The translations under genes were made by a program, and so were the position numbers. Shown in pieces: positions 62,776 through 64,000 of a stretch of DNA of 64,000 nt. The stretch is from Azolla caroliniana. Lineage: Eukaryota > Plantae > Polypodiophyta. Positions within the stretch are counted from its first letter, which is position 1. Every line of letters starts with the position of its first letter. Location: NCBI GenBank assembly GCA_043228905.1, contig JBHGNT010000010.1:5704001-5768000 (forward strand), read 5' to 3'. The notes below the pieces were generated by a model. The model searched no databases. It saw only the letters and a program-made list of their open reading frames with translations, and had not been told where the DNA came from.

Positions 62776-64000
62776 TCAATGGTGAAGGTAGCCCATGGTT
62801 CGCTTGTAATCGATCTCCTCTTTAAAGGTTAATTTGTCTGAAAGCCAATCACCACTAGTTCCTCTTTGCTTAAAATTCAAGCAGTTTTTTGAACCTGCTG
62901 TTCCGAAAACTGGCCAAAAACCAAAACATAAAACATAACCAAACAATGTTATTCTTTTATGATAGAGAATGTATAAAGACTAAATTCAATAGACACACTT
63001 GAGTTGCATGAATGACCTAAACATTCAACTTGTTATGCCCTCATCCATAGATATTGAGGGGATTACTTAGAAGTACAGAAATTTATCTCAATAGACACAC
63101 TGGATTGCAGTAATGACCTAAAAATATGACTTCTCACACCCTCATCCATAGATATTCAGAGAATTACTCAGAACTATAAAGTTTATGTCAATAGAAACAC
63201 ATTGCCTCTAACTTACTTTCAGTAAGACTGCATGTTCTTTCACTGGAAAAAATCTCATCAGGATCAATACATTGTTGACTAACTATCTGAGGAACCAGAT
63301 TCTCTTTCCTGTTTCAATCATGAAAAAGCAATAACGTTTAATAATATATGTAGGGTACTTCAAAGAAATTAAGATGGCATTCATGAAAAACAAAAACGAA
63401 AACCCAAGTTAGCAGTTACCATGCCCAAGAAGGAATTGGTCTCTTTGGTTTATCATCCTCATCTTCCTCTTCCTCTTCATCATCAGAACTTTTGTAGGGA
63501 GAAATCTGATATGACTGAAACCCACTTTCTAAGGTTTTCACTTGCTCAAATGGGGTAGAGCATTGTGTCATTAAACTTTTGGGCTGCTGACCCAGGGACT
63601 TATTCTCCTTTGCTGATTGCTTGGCTAATATATGAGACATATTTTCATCAAATGATGTGGACAGCTTTCCACCATACATCTGCGGATACATGCTAGATCC
63701 AATGCGTGGTATACTTGGCACCCTTCCTGCTTCTGTAGGTTGATTTCTTGTTGGGAGAAGAACACGTCTCGATTGTACATCCCATTCAGCCGATGATGTC
63801 ATTGTGAAGTTCTCGGTTGATACCTCGGAAAACTAAGCACACATATTTACAGAAATCATTGAAACGTGTAAAAAAACCAACTCTGACAACAAATTAAAAA
63901 AGGTAACATGTTGTGTAATCATGAGGATCATTTCACTATACCATCCGCGGAACAAATGAAGTAGAGCTATCCTCATCATTAACTCTAGGTTGCAAAAACA
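62776..64000 (-). CDS. INCENP: INCENP (inner centromere protein) 3' part with the IN-box; exons 64000-63942 (partial), 63832-63420, 63308-63217, 62909-62776
   Basis: The spliced product is SYQISPYKSSDDEEEEEDEDDKPKRPIPSWAWKENLVPQIVSQQCIDPDEIF..LTEIFG..FKQRGTSGDWLSDKLTFKEEIDYKRTMGY, i.e. the Aurora-kinase-binding IN-box. GT-AG phases are consistent. Confidence 0.9.

Noticed and set aside
62841-62860. Suspected frameshift in the last INCENP exon
   Set aside because: Re-reading gives ACT AGT GGT GAT TGG, which is in frame. The exon is intact.

Overview
Plant nuclear DNA, most likely from a non-seed vascular plant such as a fern (inferred from a Tcn1-type chromovirus, a PLS-PPR gene and GA/CA microsatellites). 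Five host genes flank a ~39-kb nested transposon block (~9-48.4 kb). The genes are an ATL-type RING-H2 E3 ligase (+, 3 exons), an uncharacterised acidic protein (-), a 13-exon Xaa-Pro aminopeptidase P (APP2-like, +), a single-exon PLS-class PPR gene (-), and the 3' end of INCENP (-). The transposon block contains a probable four-level nest: a MULE-like remnant > a decayed Ty1/copia (28612-46359) > a chromodomain Ty3/gypsy with apparently identical 471-bp LTRs (29930-41296) > a very young Tnt1/Tto1-like copia (31239-36819). It also holds several solo LTRs and decayed copies. The most notable signals are in the chromovirus: it lacks a tRNA PBS and instead carries a 12-nt site complementary to its own predicted transcript 5' end (Tf1-type self-priming), and its gag/pol junction has a complete -1 frameshift cassette (G UUA AAC, 6-nt spacer, H-type pseudoknot). 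Elsewhere, an LTR is followed by a 39-nt reverse copy of a mature CCA-ended tRNA, and a TGTCG..CGACA gypsy family appears to make 4-bp TSDs. All calls were made by eye, without database searches.
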